Shown: positions 28,101 to 36,112 of the stretch, one piece after another
How positions within the stretch are numbered: position 1 is the stretch's first letter
How the letters are laid out: each line of letters starts with the position of its first letter
Translations under genes and position numbers: made by a program
IMG/VR virus record: IMGVR_UViG_3300024268_000043
Span: 13,665 to 77,664 of that record
Direction: 5' to 3' (one strand)
From: a virus
Lineage: Duplodnaviria > Heunggongvirae > Uroviricota > Caudoviricetes
Length of the DNA stretch: 64,000 nucleotides
Notes under the pieces: model-generated
Told to the model about the DNA's origin: nothing
The model's input: the letters and a program-made list of their open reading frames with translations, nothing else
The model's database searches: none

Positions 28101-29753
28101 TTAATTATTTGAATCAATTGCGTTCCACTGGTCAATCATCGCCTTAGCGAATACGGCTTCTTTACCAGTCCATCCGTACATTATGTTGGTACGATACGCA
28201 TATTCGGGTAGAACCGCGTTGTCATAACCTGCAGTCTGCACAGAGAACACATTCACTTTAGGATTAACCTTCTTACGGTACTCCTGTACGAGCTTGAACA
28301 CATTGATATAAGAGCCATCTACAAACCAACCACGTCCACAGCCATATCCACGATTCTGATATTCCGTCTTATGTCTGTCGGTGCCATAGAGACCACCGTG
28401 ACCAGCCTGCTGATCGGAATAAATAAAGATATTATCCCAGTGTTCCTTGTTGGCAATGGCGTCTCTGAAGAACTCCCAAATACCACCCTCGGTAGCACCA
28501 CCTACATCACTATATCTATTTCTGGTAATCTCCTGTGCCTGAGAGAGAACGCCCTTACGCTTACTGATAGGACTTACGATAAGCTTGTCGCCAAACTTGC
28601 CTACATATCCTTCGTCAGAACAAGCAGCAGTAATTACAGAAGAAAGATTATCAATGTCTGCCACAGTAACAGTGCCATACTCAGAATTAAGAGCACCCCA
28701 AGCCGAACCAGAATTATCTGACAAGCACATAGTCTTGCCGGAAAGCTTAGGATAATTTTCAAGTGAAATATCCATGCACTCCTCAAGAGCATCAATAATT
28801 AAAGGCTGATGATTGCATTTGCTCGTTCTAATAGCTTGAATAGCAGAGTAATAACGGAACGGAAACTGCTTGCCGTCAACTACACCACTCTTAAGCTTCT
28901 CAAGATACTTCTTGCAAAACTCACTATCCTCTATTTCGGTAAACACTCCTCTGATGTTGCGGAGAAGTGCCATATGACCCATATCAACGGTGTCGAAAAT
29001 TTCCTTCCAAGACTTGCCCTCGGAACGAAGGTTTTCCCAAGTCTTCTCGTCTTCTTTAACTTCGACGGTGCCGGTAGTCATAAGTTCATCAATAACCTTA
29101 GAGTTAGCGTGGCAGAGACGAACTCCGTTAATCATACCAATCTCGTGATTCTTATACTTAGCAACCTTATAACGAGAGAGTTTACTAAGGTTCTTTGCCC
29201 AAGAACGCTTGATAATAGAAGGGATGTTGTTCTTCTTACCCTTATTAAGATACAGATAATAAGCCATCTGAGACATAGGTTCATCTGCTCTCTTCATAAC
29301 TTGCTGATTATACTCATCAAATTTACCAGGATTATCGTCGGTCCATTCTTTACGCTTAGGATGAGTAGCAGCTCTTACCATAATAACCTGAGGGTTAAGT
29401 CTCATCATATAGTCACTACGAAGAGTCGTTGCCCACTCAAGAGTTGCACCAAAATCATAATCAAGTGCCGCGTCGATGGATTCTTCCATAATAGTTTCAG
29501 TATCTTTGCCTTCATAACACTTAGGAATAACACTAAACTCTTTAACAAGGGCATCAACAACATATGCCTTTCTCGACTTAGATCCTCTGTAATACGACGG
29601 CTCTCCAAAGATTGAAGACGCACTAATCATCTTAAGAGTATCAAGAGGATTAATCTTATAGGAATCTCCTCCCATAAAGTTAGTGACCGTTTCGTCAAGT
29701 CTAAGATTGTTTCTCTGATTCATTTCAGAGACTGCTTTAGAAATCTTGCTCAT
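28101..29753 (-). CDS. rsr: Ro60/TROVE-domain protein (Rsr-like) with C-terminal vWA domain
   Basis: 550 aa, the size of bacterial Rsr; C-terminal vWA MIDAS motif CLSDNSGSAWG (DxSGS); adjacent to the tRNA-like Y-RNA-like array, as in bacterial rsr-yrl loci. Confidence 0.55.
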   Translation of the reverse strand: MSKISKAVSEMNQRNNLRLDETVTNFMGGDSYKINPLDTLKMISASSIFGEPSYYRGSKSRKAYVVDALVKEFSVIPKCYEGKDTETIMEESIDAALDYDFGATLEWATTLRSDYMMRLNPQVIMVRAATHPKRKEWTDDNPGKFDEYNQQVMKRADEPMSQMAYYLYLNKGKKNNIPSIIKRSWAKNLSKLSRYKVAKYKNHEIGMINGVRLCHANSKVIDELMTTGTVEVKEDEKTWENLRSEGKSWKEIFDTVDMGHMALLRNIRGVFTEIEDSEFCKKYLEKLKSGVVDGKQFPFRYYSAIQAIRTSKCNHQPLIIDALEECMDISLENYPKLSGKTMCLSDNSGSAWGALNSEYGTVTVADIDNLSSVITAACSDEGYVGKFGDKLIVSPISKRKGVLSQAQEITRNRYSDVGGATEGGIWEFFRDAIANKEHWDNIFIYSDQQAGHGGLYGTDRHKTEYQNRGYGCGRGWFVDGSYINVFKLVQEYRKKVNPKVNVFSVQTAGYDNAVLPEYAYRTNIMYGWTGKEAVFAKAMIDQWNAIDSNN

Positions 29754-29777
29754 TTGTTTTCTCCTTATATAAAATTA

Positions 29778-30002
29778 TTACTGTAGCAATTTTTCGAAGT
29801 TGGTAATAATCTTCTCGTTGCCTACCTTTAGTTCATCCAAAGAAGAATTTGTGCTTTGAATGGCAGCAATCATTGCATCATTCTTAGATCTCTCATCGTC
29901 TATGGCTTTGTTGGTGTTCTTAAGCCCCTCAATAGTCGTAAGAACGAGGCTGATGGCATTCTTGGATTTCTCGGTGAGTACCTGTAAGGTTGTCTTTTTC
30001 AT
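29778..30002 (-). CDS. hypothetical coiled-coil protein
   Basis: ORF with leader motif and AAGGAGAA RBS. Confidence 0.35.
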   Translation of the reverse strand: MKKTTLQVLTEKSKNAISLVLTTIEGLKNTNKAIDDERSKNDAMIAAIQSTNSSLDELKVGNEKIITNFEKLLQ

Positions 30003-30038
30003 TTGTTTTCTTCTCCTTTAATCATTTTGTTTTGTTAG

Positions 30039-30113
30039 TGGAGCGGGATAAGGGATTCGAACCCTCACTACCAGTTCGGAGGACTGGGGTGCTAGCCGTT
30101 ACACTAATCCCGC
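30039..30113 (-). tRNA. tRNA-Gly (anticodon UCC)
   Basis: Acceptor GCGGGAT/ATCCCGC, D-arm GTGTAACGGCTAGCAC, anticodon arm CCAGT-CCTCCGA-ACTGG (C at position 33 is unusual), T-arm GAGGGTTCGAATCCCTT, discriminator U, CCA encoded. Confidence 0.65.
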
Positions 30114-30283
30114 ATTCGATGAGCAATCTTTAAAACCTACTGCAATAGGAAACTCAACTGCTCGGAGTTTTTGGATGAAAGGAGGTGTTTTCGTGATAAC
30201 AAATCACATATTTCTAAGTCTCATAAAGGGTGGTGCGGGAAACCGGGGTCGAACCGGCACGGGCATAATGCCCACGGGATTTT

Positions 30284-31255
30284 CTTCCCACTCTATGTCG
30301 CCATAGCCGATTTCTCGTTGTGGGCTGGACTATGTCTTAACCATATCTTGCGACTTAGGTTGACTCCGTATAGTCTCTACGCATTTTATCAATAAACAAT
30401 CTACTAATTAGGAAGGAATTGCACTTGCCATCCTTTGCAGTTTCACTCTGCCTATAGCCGACTTACCGTTATTGACGTTATAGATTGTTTATTTAATTTA
30501 GTACGGCGTTCTCAGAATCTTCGCCGTTTAGAAGCCATTCACTCAAGAGGTTTCCCTCCTGGTGCTCCTGCATAAGATGTACTATGTTGTACTTAAAAAT
30601 AAGCTCCCTTGCTCGGCGATAATTATCGCCTTTTGGAGTTAGCCCTAACCTTCTCAGAGCTTGTCTGATATTAGGACTGTTCCTCAATACCTCCGCAAAA
30701 TCATCGTCCGACACCTTAACAACCCCATTGTTGATGTTCTTGCCACGATAATTTTTTGTAAGAGCATGACAGTTTGGACATAATAATTTCAAATTTTCCA
30801 TTTCATTATTCAAAGAATCACCATCTTCGTGATGTACTTCCAATGGTATTGGTTGATTCAACCACTCTTCTTTGTTACATCGTTCGCAGCGATGTCCTCT
30901 AACATAAGACAAAGCTGCTACAGCCTGAGATGTTTTAATTACAACTCCTTGACGAAATCGTGTGTAATCAAAATTGTTTTTATTCCAGGCCTGGTTTTTA
31001 AAGTGAGACACATCTAGATCAAGCTCTTCAATCATAGATTTAAGAGTAGTCAAACAACTGCCACTCGTTGTTAAATATCCCAACTTCTCTGCCAGCGATG
31101 CAAATCCGTCACTGTCTTGTACAAACTTTTCAATCTCTTGCCGAGTAAAATTTCTCCACTTTGCTATCTTCATAATACCCTCTCCAATATAAATTGAAGA
31201 GTAATTTTTCAGGTATCTTTTGTGGAATCTTTTAGAGAAAAATCACCTTCTGATA
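30284..31255 (-). mobile_element. group I intron (about 972 nt) in the tRNA-Leu(UAA) anticodon loop, carrying an HNH homing-endonuclease ORF
   Basis: Bounded by the tRNA exons above; 5' exon terminal U / intron terminal G; a GACTA-containing segment in the about 200-nt region downstream of the ORF, consistent with a P7/G-binding core; encloses ORF 30493..31173. Confidence 0.65.
30493..31173 (-). CDS. intron-encoded HNH homing endonuclease
   Basis: HHEDGDSLNNEMENLKLLCPNCH = HNH motif with zinc-ligand Cys pairs (CERCNK...CPNCH); lies wholly inside the tRNA-Leu intron. Confidence 0.7.
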   Translation of the reverse strand: MKIAKWRNFTRQEIEKFVQDSDGFASLAEKLGYLTTSGSCLTTLKSMIEELDLDVSHFKNQAWNKNNFDYTRFRQGVVIKTSQAVAALSYVRGHRCERCNKEEWLNQPIPLEVHHEDGDSLNNEMENLKLLCPNCHALTKNYRGKNINNGVVKVSDDDFAEVLRNSPNIRQALRRLGLTPKGDNYRRARELIFKYNIVHLMQEHQEGNLLSEWLLNGEDSENAVLN

Positions 31256-31293
31256 AAGTCCCGGGCGTCTGCCTATTCCGCCATTCCCGCATA

Positions 31294-31377
31294 TGGTGCA
31301 CCAAAAAGGACTTGAACCTTCACGTCGATGACACTAGATCCTAAGTCTAGCGCGTCTGCCAATTCCGCCATTGGTGC
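31294..31377 (-). tRNA. tRNA-Leu (anticodon UAG), type II
   Basis: Acceptor GCACCAA/TTGGTGC, Leu-type D-arm GCGGAATTGGCAGACGC, anticodon arm CTAGA-CTTAGGA-TCTAG, long variable arm, T-arm GAAGGTTCAAGTCCTTT, CCA encoded. Confidence 0.7.
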
Positions 31378-31434
31378 ATATCGTTGCTCGTCTAGTTCCG
31401 AGCCGCCAACACAATCATTTTGTCTTGTGTACTT

Positions 31435-31463
31435 ATTATAGCACAAACTTTTCAGTTTGTCAA
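31435..31463 (-). promoter_or_regulatory. sigma70 consensus promoter (TTGACA-17-TATAAT) driving the tRNA-Leu/tRNA-Gly operon
   Basis: Minus-strand TTGACAAACTGAAAAGTTTGTGCTATAAT; TTGTAAAC direct repeat upstream; ACAAAATGATTG leader about 11 nt downstream of -10. Confidence 0.6.
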
Positions 31464-31498
31464 GTGGTTGTTGTTATCGTTTACAATTTGTTTACAAA

Positions 31499-32473
31499 TT
31501 AAGGATTTCTAGTATCGAGGATTAAAGAATCGCCACCCATAATACCAGGGAGCTCACCATTCCACTGCTCATACTTAATCTTATCAAGAAGCTCAGGTGT
31601 CAAAGATTCTGCGATCTTCTTGTTTGCCTCTGCTTTTGCTTCAGCCTCAATACGAATTGCCTCTGCCTCAGCCTCAGCAGCTACAAGAATCTTTTCTGCC
31701 TCGATGCGTGTGACTTCCTTCTCAGCTTCTGCTTTAGTAAGTGCAACTTCCTTGTCTTTCTCTGCCTGCATAAGTGCTACTTGCTTATCCTTTTCTGCCT
31801 GAATAAGTGCAGTCTTCGCTTCAATCTCTGCAAGCTCAAGTTCCTGCTGTGCGGTTACCTTCTTCTGAATGGCAGCCGCAGTCTCATCATCTACAGATAT
31901 ATTGGTAAAGTTTACAGTGTCAATAATAATACCGTAGGGCTCAAACTTCTCTCGCAGATATACATCGAGCTCGGCGTTGATTTGAGTTCTCTTATCTCCG
32001 AAAATATCAGTTACTGGATGATTAGCAGATACTTCTTGAGTCCAAGCAACAATCTTAGGCTTAATGAAAGAAGTTTTAACCTCCTCGCCCGACATTCCCT
32101 TAAATAGAACAAAGGTTTCTGCCACTCTTTCTGCATCAAACTTATACGAGAATTCAAGATCGACCTTTACCGTTTTACCATCTGATGTCGGGATATTGAA
32201 ACTCTCATCAGTGGGAGAATCTCCCTTGTCTGCTGCGGTCAAATATGACTGCTCAATACCGATAGAATAAGTGGTAACCTTCTTAGTGGGTGAAACTATA
32301 TGCCAACCCTGAGTGAGGATTTCTCCGTCAACGCCGCCGTCCATATTGTATACAACACCAACATAACCTGCGGGCACTCTAGCAAGACACAGAAGTCCGC
32401 AAATTAGCACTCCCAAAATAATTACTGCTAAAATAATGCCACCAAGCATTCCCTTGTTTATTGTCTTTTTCAT
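31499..32473 (-). CDS. SPFH/Band-7 (prohibitin/HflK-like) membrane protein
   Basis: N-terminal TM helix, SPFH core, then Ala/Glu/Lys-rich coiled coil (EAEAEAIRIEAEAKAEA). Confidence 0.75.
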   Translation of the reverse strand: MKKTINKGMLGGIILAVIILGVLICGLLCLARVPAGYVGVVYNMDGGVDGEILTQGWHIVSPTKKVTTYSIGIEQSYLTAADKGDSPTDESFNIPTSDGKTVKVDLEFSYKFDAERVAETFVLFKGMSGEEVKTSFIKPKIVAWTQEVSANHPVTDIFGDKRTQINAELDVYLREKFEPYGIIIDTVNFTNISVDDETAAAIQKKVTAQQELELAEIEAKTALIQAEKDKQVALMQAEKDKEVALTKAEAEKEVTRIEAEKILVAAEAEAEAIRIEAEAKAEANKKIAESLTPELLDKIKYEQWNGELPGIMGGDSLILDTRNP

Positions 32474-32664
32474 TTTAATTCTTCTCCTTTGTTTTCGTTT
32501 TTATTTTCTTCTTCGGTCATTACTCTTTTCGCGTCATCTACTAATCGTTTTCCAACTGACCCAATGGGTTTGAATAAAAACGACAACAACAACCATAATA
32601 ACGCTCCAGCAGCAAACAAACCAATAAAAAATACCGGATTCATTTTTTTGTTCTCCTTAATCAT
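32470..32664 (-). CDS. small membrane protein, overlapping the SPFH start
   Basis: Single TM helix; own sigma70 promoter and a degenerate second copy of the leader motif before the RBS. Confidence 0.4.
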   Translation of the reverse strand: MIKENKKMNPVFFIGLFAAGALLWLLLSFLFKPIGSVGKRLVDDAKRVMTEEENKNENKGEELK

Positions 32665-32678
32665 CGTGTTGTGTATTA

Positions 32679-32707
32679 ATTATATCATAATCATTTTGTT
32701 TTGTCAA
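32679..32707 (-). promoter_or_regulatory. sigma70 consensus promoter (TTGACA-17-TATAAT)
   Basis: Minus-strand TTGACAAAACAAAATGATTATGATATAAT (leader motif inside the spacer); TTGTAAAC repeat upstream. Confidence 0.55.
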
Positions 32708-32724
32708 GTACTTTTTGAAATCGT

Positions 32725-32937
32725 TTACATTTTGTTTACAAATTCCTTAAAATCGTCATAATTGCCATCTCCGGCAACGCACAAGAACTTCTCATTAAGG
32801 TTCAGTGCAAGCACGCCAAGGATGCTCTTACCATCTACTGAGTAATTTCCCTGAAACAATTTTACCTCTGATGGATGCTTCTGTGCGACTTCGAGGAAAT
32901 CATAGATGTCCGATATAAAAGTCAATTTAATATCCAT
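32725..32937 (-). CDS. HPr-like phosphocarrier domain protein
   Basis: GNYSVDGKSILGVLALNLNEKFLCVAGDG resembles the HPr fold (DAKSIMGxMSL...G..V...G.D); start moved to the internal Met with GGAGAA RBS. Confidence 0.45.
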   Translation of the reverse strand: MDIKLTFISDIYDFLEVAQKHPSEVKLFQGNYSVDGKSILGVLALNLNEKFLCVAGDGNYDDFKEFVNKM

Positions 32938-32967
32938 TCGTTTTCTCCTTCGTCTTATTGCTCTTAT

Positions 32968-32996
32968 ATTATAGCACAATCATTCTGTATTGTCAA
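32968..32996 (-). promoter_or_regulatory. sigma70 consensus promoter (TTGACA-17-TATAAT)
   Basis: Minus-strand TTGACAATACAGAATGATTGTGCTATAAT; TTGTAAAT repeat upstream. Confidence 0.55.
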
Positions 32997-33044
32997 TAGG
33001 GTTTTGAAACTGTTTACATTTTATTTACAATTAACGATATTTAA

Positions 33045-33566
33045 TTATATAACTTCAATTTGACACATTTTCATAGCTTCAAGAGCGTTCTTGTGACTCT
33101 CGGGCGTAACACCGGCACAACAAGAACTGTCTATGATGATAGGAGTCTCGGGGAAGTGTGCCTTAAGCATCATTGCGTTACTAATAACGCAGATGTCCGT
33201 GCATAAGCCGACAAGTTCTATACTATCAATTCGGTTGCGAAAATTACTGTGGATATATGTAGGAAGCCATGTGCTACCAAATGTAGGCTTATCAACTACC
33301 GTACAACCCTGTCTATAAAGACCGGCTGCAATTTCCCAACCGTGTGTGCCATTAATGCAATGAGGTACGGGCAACTTTTTACCTTCCTGAGTTTCAAGAT
33401 AGTTATCATAATGGGTGTCTCTGGTATAAATTACCACATCAGAAGAAGAATTAGAATATTCTTCTATCTTATACTTTACATTAGGCACTATTGCCTGGGC
33501 TTCGGGAGTGCCAAGAGCATCCGAAATAAAATCATTCTGCATATCTACTACTACAAGTAACTTCAT
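33045..33566 (-). CDS. pncA: nicotinamidase / isochorismatase-family hydrolase (PncA-like)
   Basis: VVDMQNDF N-terminal motif and GLCTDICV catalytic-Cys motif of cysteine hydrolases; adjacent to pncB. Confidence 0.6.
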   Translation of the reverse strand: MKLLVVVDMQNDFISDALGTPEAQAIVPNVKYKIEEYSNSSSDVVIYTRDTHYDNYLETQEGKKLPVPHCINGTHGWEIAAGLYRQGCTVVDKPTFGSTWLPTYIHSNFRNRIDSIELVGLCTDICVISNAMMLKAHFPETPIIIDSSCCAGVTPESHKNALEAMKMCQIEVI

Positions 33567-33568
33567 AA

Positions 33569-34798
33569 TTAAATTCCTTCCTTTATTCTATAATCTACTG
33601 CGTTCTTAAGATATTCAAGATAACTGCCATCCTGACACATTGCTTTGCCAGGAGTATCGCTCAACTTTGCTACAGGATGGCCATTGACATACTGCAATTT
33701 AATGACAATATTAAGAGGATCTGCGTAAGTATCATTGCTAAGGAAAGTGCCGATACCAAAACTAACATTAATACGGTCTTTGAAATAGTCATTAATGCGC
33801 TGAGCACGGTCAAAATCAAGACCATCGCTAAACAAAAGTGTTTTTGTTTTGGGGTCAATACCAAGCTTCTCGTAATGAGCAATTATCTTGTCGCCCCACT
33901 CATAAGGGTCACCCGAGTCGTGCCTTACTCCCGTGTAGCAAAGTGCCTGAAGTTTATTGAAGTCACGAAGGAATAAGTCAGTGCCGAGAGTATCTGTAAG
34001 TGCTGTACCAAGATCACCCTGATATTCATCAAACCATTCCTCAAGAGCCATCTTATTGGTGTATGCGAGCTGAACTCCGGGAACGCCCTGGAACATTTGT
34101 ACATATTCATGAGCATAAGTACCAATAGGCTTCACTCTATACTTCATCGCAAGATACACATTAGATGTACCAACACAATGTTCATCTCTGATGAGATCGC
34201 TTACAACATAATCCTGCCACTCACGACTCAAACGACGTCTGCAACCAAATTCTGCAAACTTAAAATCATACTCCTGTGAACGGAATCCATTCATCTTTGC
34301 CACAAGTTTCTCTTTTGCACTCTCTACAAGAGAAAAGCGATCATACTTCGTGCGAAAATAAACTTCATTAACTATTTCAAGGAGATAAATCTCAAACTGC
34401 ATTACAGAGAAGAGCGGACCATCTACATAGAGAACCATACCACCAGAGGCGATATTCTCTTCGTCCTCGTAAAGATAGTAAGTATCTGCTTTGAAACAAT
34501 GTACATAGCGACGGAGGGGTCTCCAAAGACGAAGAAACTCAACATAGTCTGGCTTGATAAAGCGGAGAGACTTGAGATAATCAAGCTCTTCATCGGTAAA
34601 AGTCAACGTGCAAAGATGATCTATTTGGGCATTGATTTCGTCTATCATTTCATCGGTAAATATGACACCCTCATTTCTACACTTGAATATATACACACCA
34701 TTAAGATTAGTGTGTTTATGAAACATAACCTGATTCATTGAAAATTTGTACAAATCTGTATCTGTTAAATTCGTAATTATGGGACTAAGTTTCATCAT
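33569..34798 (-). CDS. pncB: nicotinate phosphoribosyltransferase (PncB-like type II PRTase)
   Basis: N-terminus TDLYKFSMNQVMFHKHTNLNGVYIFKCR parallels the E. coli PncB N-terminus; about 400 aa; flanked by pncA and nadE, which fits the deamido route. Confidence 0.6.
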   Translation of the reverse strand: MMKLSPIITNLTDTDLYKFSMNQVMFHKHTNLNGVYIFKCRNEGVIFTDEMIDEINAQIDHLCTLTFTDEELDYLKSLRFIKPDYVEFLRLWRPLRRYVHCFKADTYYLYEDEENIASGGMVLYVDGPLFSVMQFEIYLLEIVNEVYFRTKYDRFSLVESAKEKLVAKMNGFRSQEYDFKFAEFGCRRRLSREWQDYVVSDLIRDEHCVGTSNVYLAMKYRVKPIGTYAHEYVQMFQGVPGVQLAYTNKMALEEWFDEYQGDLGTALTDTLGTDLFLRDFNKLQALCYTGVRHDSGDPYEWGDKIIAHYEKLGIDPKTKTLLFSDGLDFDRAQRINDYFKDRINVSFGIGTFLSNDTYADPLNIVIKLQYVNGHPVAKLSDTPGKAMCQDGSYLEYLKNAVDYRIKEGI

Positions 34799-35340
34799 TT
34801 CTTTTTACCTTCTTTCAAAGTTTCTTTTAATTCCTTAAATGTTTTATCTACGCCAACCGCCACAATATGTACAAGCCAATATTCTAACTTTTCTCGTGTT
34901 TCTAAATGGAACTGATTTTCATCATAATGTGTTCCATAATAGTCCAAAGCAGACTTATCTGTAAACTTGTCGCCCAAATAAATCATTGATGCCGCAACTC
35001 TATCACAGAGCATTTCGGCAAGATATTTCGGTGGCATATCAATAGCAGTAGTTTTGCCATCTCTACCGATATCCTGCCAGTACTCGGCATGGTGCTTGTT
35101 TCTGTTATGATGATGTATCCACGCTTTGCTATAACCATACTTTTCACGTTCTCCTATATGCGGAGACTTTGTGCCCGTATAGAACTTCACTCCGTTCCAA
35201 AACTCTGTAGGTGAATATTTGGATAGATCGTGTGTTAGTCCCTGCCAATAGAGTCCACACTTGAAGCAGAGTTTACGCACCATTGCTCGATGTCGATGGA
35301 CGGTGCGAAGATGACCAAAGAATCGTTTAAATAAATTCAT
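34795..35340 (-). CDS. conserved hypothetical protein (His-rich)
   Basis: Start moved to the internal Met directly after the upstream stop; the first 58 codons of the track ORF overlap nadE out of frame. Confidence 0.4.
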   Translation of the reverse strand: MNLFKRFFGHLRTVHRHRAMVRKLCFKCGLYWQGLTHDLSKYSPTEFWNGVKFYTGTKSPHIGEREKYGYSKAWIHHHNRNKHHAEYWQDIGRDGKTTAIDMPPKYLAEMLCDRVAASMIYLGDKFTDKSALDYYGTHYDENQFHLETREKLEYWLVHIVAVGVDKTFKELKETLKEGKKK

Positions 35341-35341
35341 A

Positions 35342-36112
35342 TCATTCTCCTTTTTTAAACATAGGCATAGGACAATATTTGTGACGAGTGGCCTTGTGTA
35401 GTCGTTCAATCTTCTTGATGGTATCCCAACTAGTCTTACAATCCTTACCATTAAGAAGATAATCGTCTTCTTCTTCGTAAGTAAAGCCAAGCTTCTCTTC
35501 ATCTGATTTTCCACTCATACCATCTTCAGGTATTTTATATACCCACTCAGGCTTCAATACACCCTCATCTACATATTCCTGTCCAACAACAAGAAGCTCA
35601 CGAACCGTGAGGTCGCCAATGGGAGAAAAATCACCAGCAGCATCGCCATATTTGGTGGAATAACCAACATAATCTTCGCTGCGGTTGCAAGTATTTACTA
35701 CGCGGGAACCAGGGTAGAATGCGGCGACCGCATAAAGAGTGGTCATACGAAGGCGAGCCGGAGTATTTGTGGTAAACATATCGTTATTCCATACTGTTCC
35801 AAGTGGTTGTTCATCTTTTCTACAAATCGCATTAGCGACCTCCATTGAAAGAGCGTTGTAGGCGTTTCCTATATTGATATAGTGATGCTCAATGCCAAGT
35901 GCTTGACATATAGCAACAGAGTCCGCAAGGTCTATTTGACTTCCGTTAGGCATCATTATACCAACTACACGATCTGAACCAAGCGCTTCTACACAAAGTG
36001 CAGCAGTAATTGTACTGTCCTTGCCACCACTCATTCCTATTACGGCAACGCCATTATCATTGTCACGGAACTGGTCTCTTATAAACTCAACAATTTCACT
36101 TCTTATTGACAT
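35342..36112 (-). CDS. nadE: NH3-dependent NAD+ synthetase
   Basis: PP-loop VIGMSGGKDSTITAAL (SGGxDS). Confidence 0.85.
   Translation of the reverse strand: MSIRSEIVEFIRDQFRDNDNGVAVIGMSGGKDSTITAALCVEALGSDRVVGIMMPNGSQIDLADSVAICQALGIEHHYINIGNAYNALSMEVANAICRKDEQPLGTVWNNDMFTTNTPARLRMTTLYAVAAFYPGSRVVNTCNRSEDYVGYSTKYGDAAGDFSPIGDLTVRELLVVGQEYVDEGVLKPEWVYKIPEDGMSGKSDEEKLGFTYEEEDDYLLNGKDCKTSWDTIKKIERLHKATRHKYCPMPMFKKGE

Larger units (their letters stand above)
30231..31290 (-). tRNA. tRNA-Leu (anticodon UAA) interrupted by a group I intron; exon 1 about 31256..31290, exon 2 about 30231..30283
   Basis: 5' exon GCGGGAA-TG-GCGGAATAGGCAGACGC-C-CGGGA-CTT and 3' exon AAAA-TCCCG-(long variable arm)-GCCGGTTCGACCCCGGT-TTCCCGC-A-CCA. 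The acceptor is 7/7 complementary and the anticodon stem CGGGA/TCCCG is complementary across 972 nt. Joining gives the loop CTT^AAAA (anticodon UAA) with the break between positions 34 and 35, the classic tRNA-Leu(UAA) group I insertion site. Exon 1 ends in U and the intron ends in G. Confidence 0.7.

Noticed and set aside
30120-30420. tmRNA
   Set aside because: The tRNA-like 3' piece ending TTTCCCGCACCA looked like a tmRNA tRNA-like domain. It pairs exactly with a 5' half 1 kb upstream and is explained as tRNA-Leu(UAA) exon 2; no tag-peptide reading frame was seen.
33569-34798. Nicotinamide phosphoribosyltransferase (Nampt/NadV)
   Set aside because: Both Nampt and PncB carry the N-terminal TDxYK block. 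The length (409 aa), the N-terminal similarity to E. coli PncB, and the co-occurrence of pncA and nadE (needed only for the deamido route) favour PncB. This is unresolved without a profile search.
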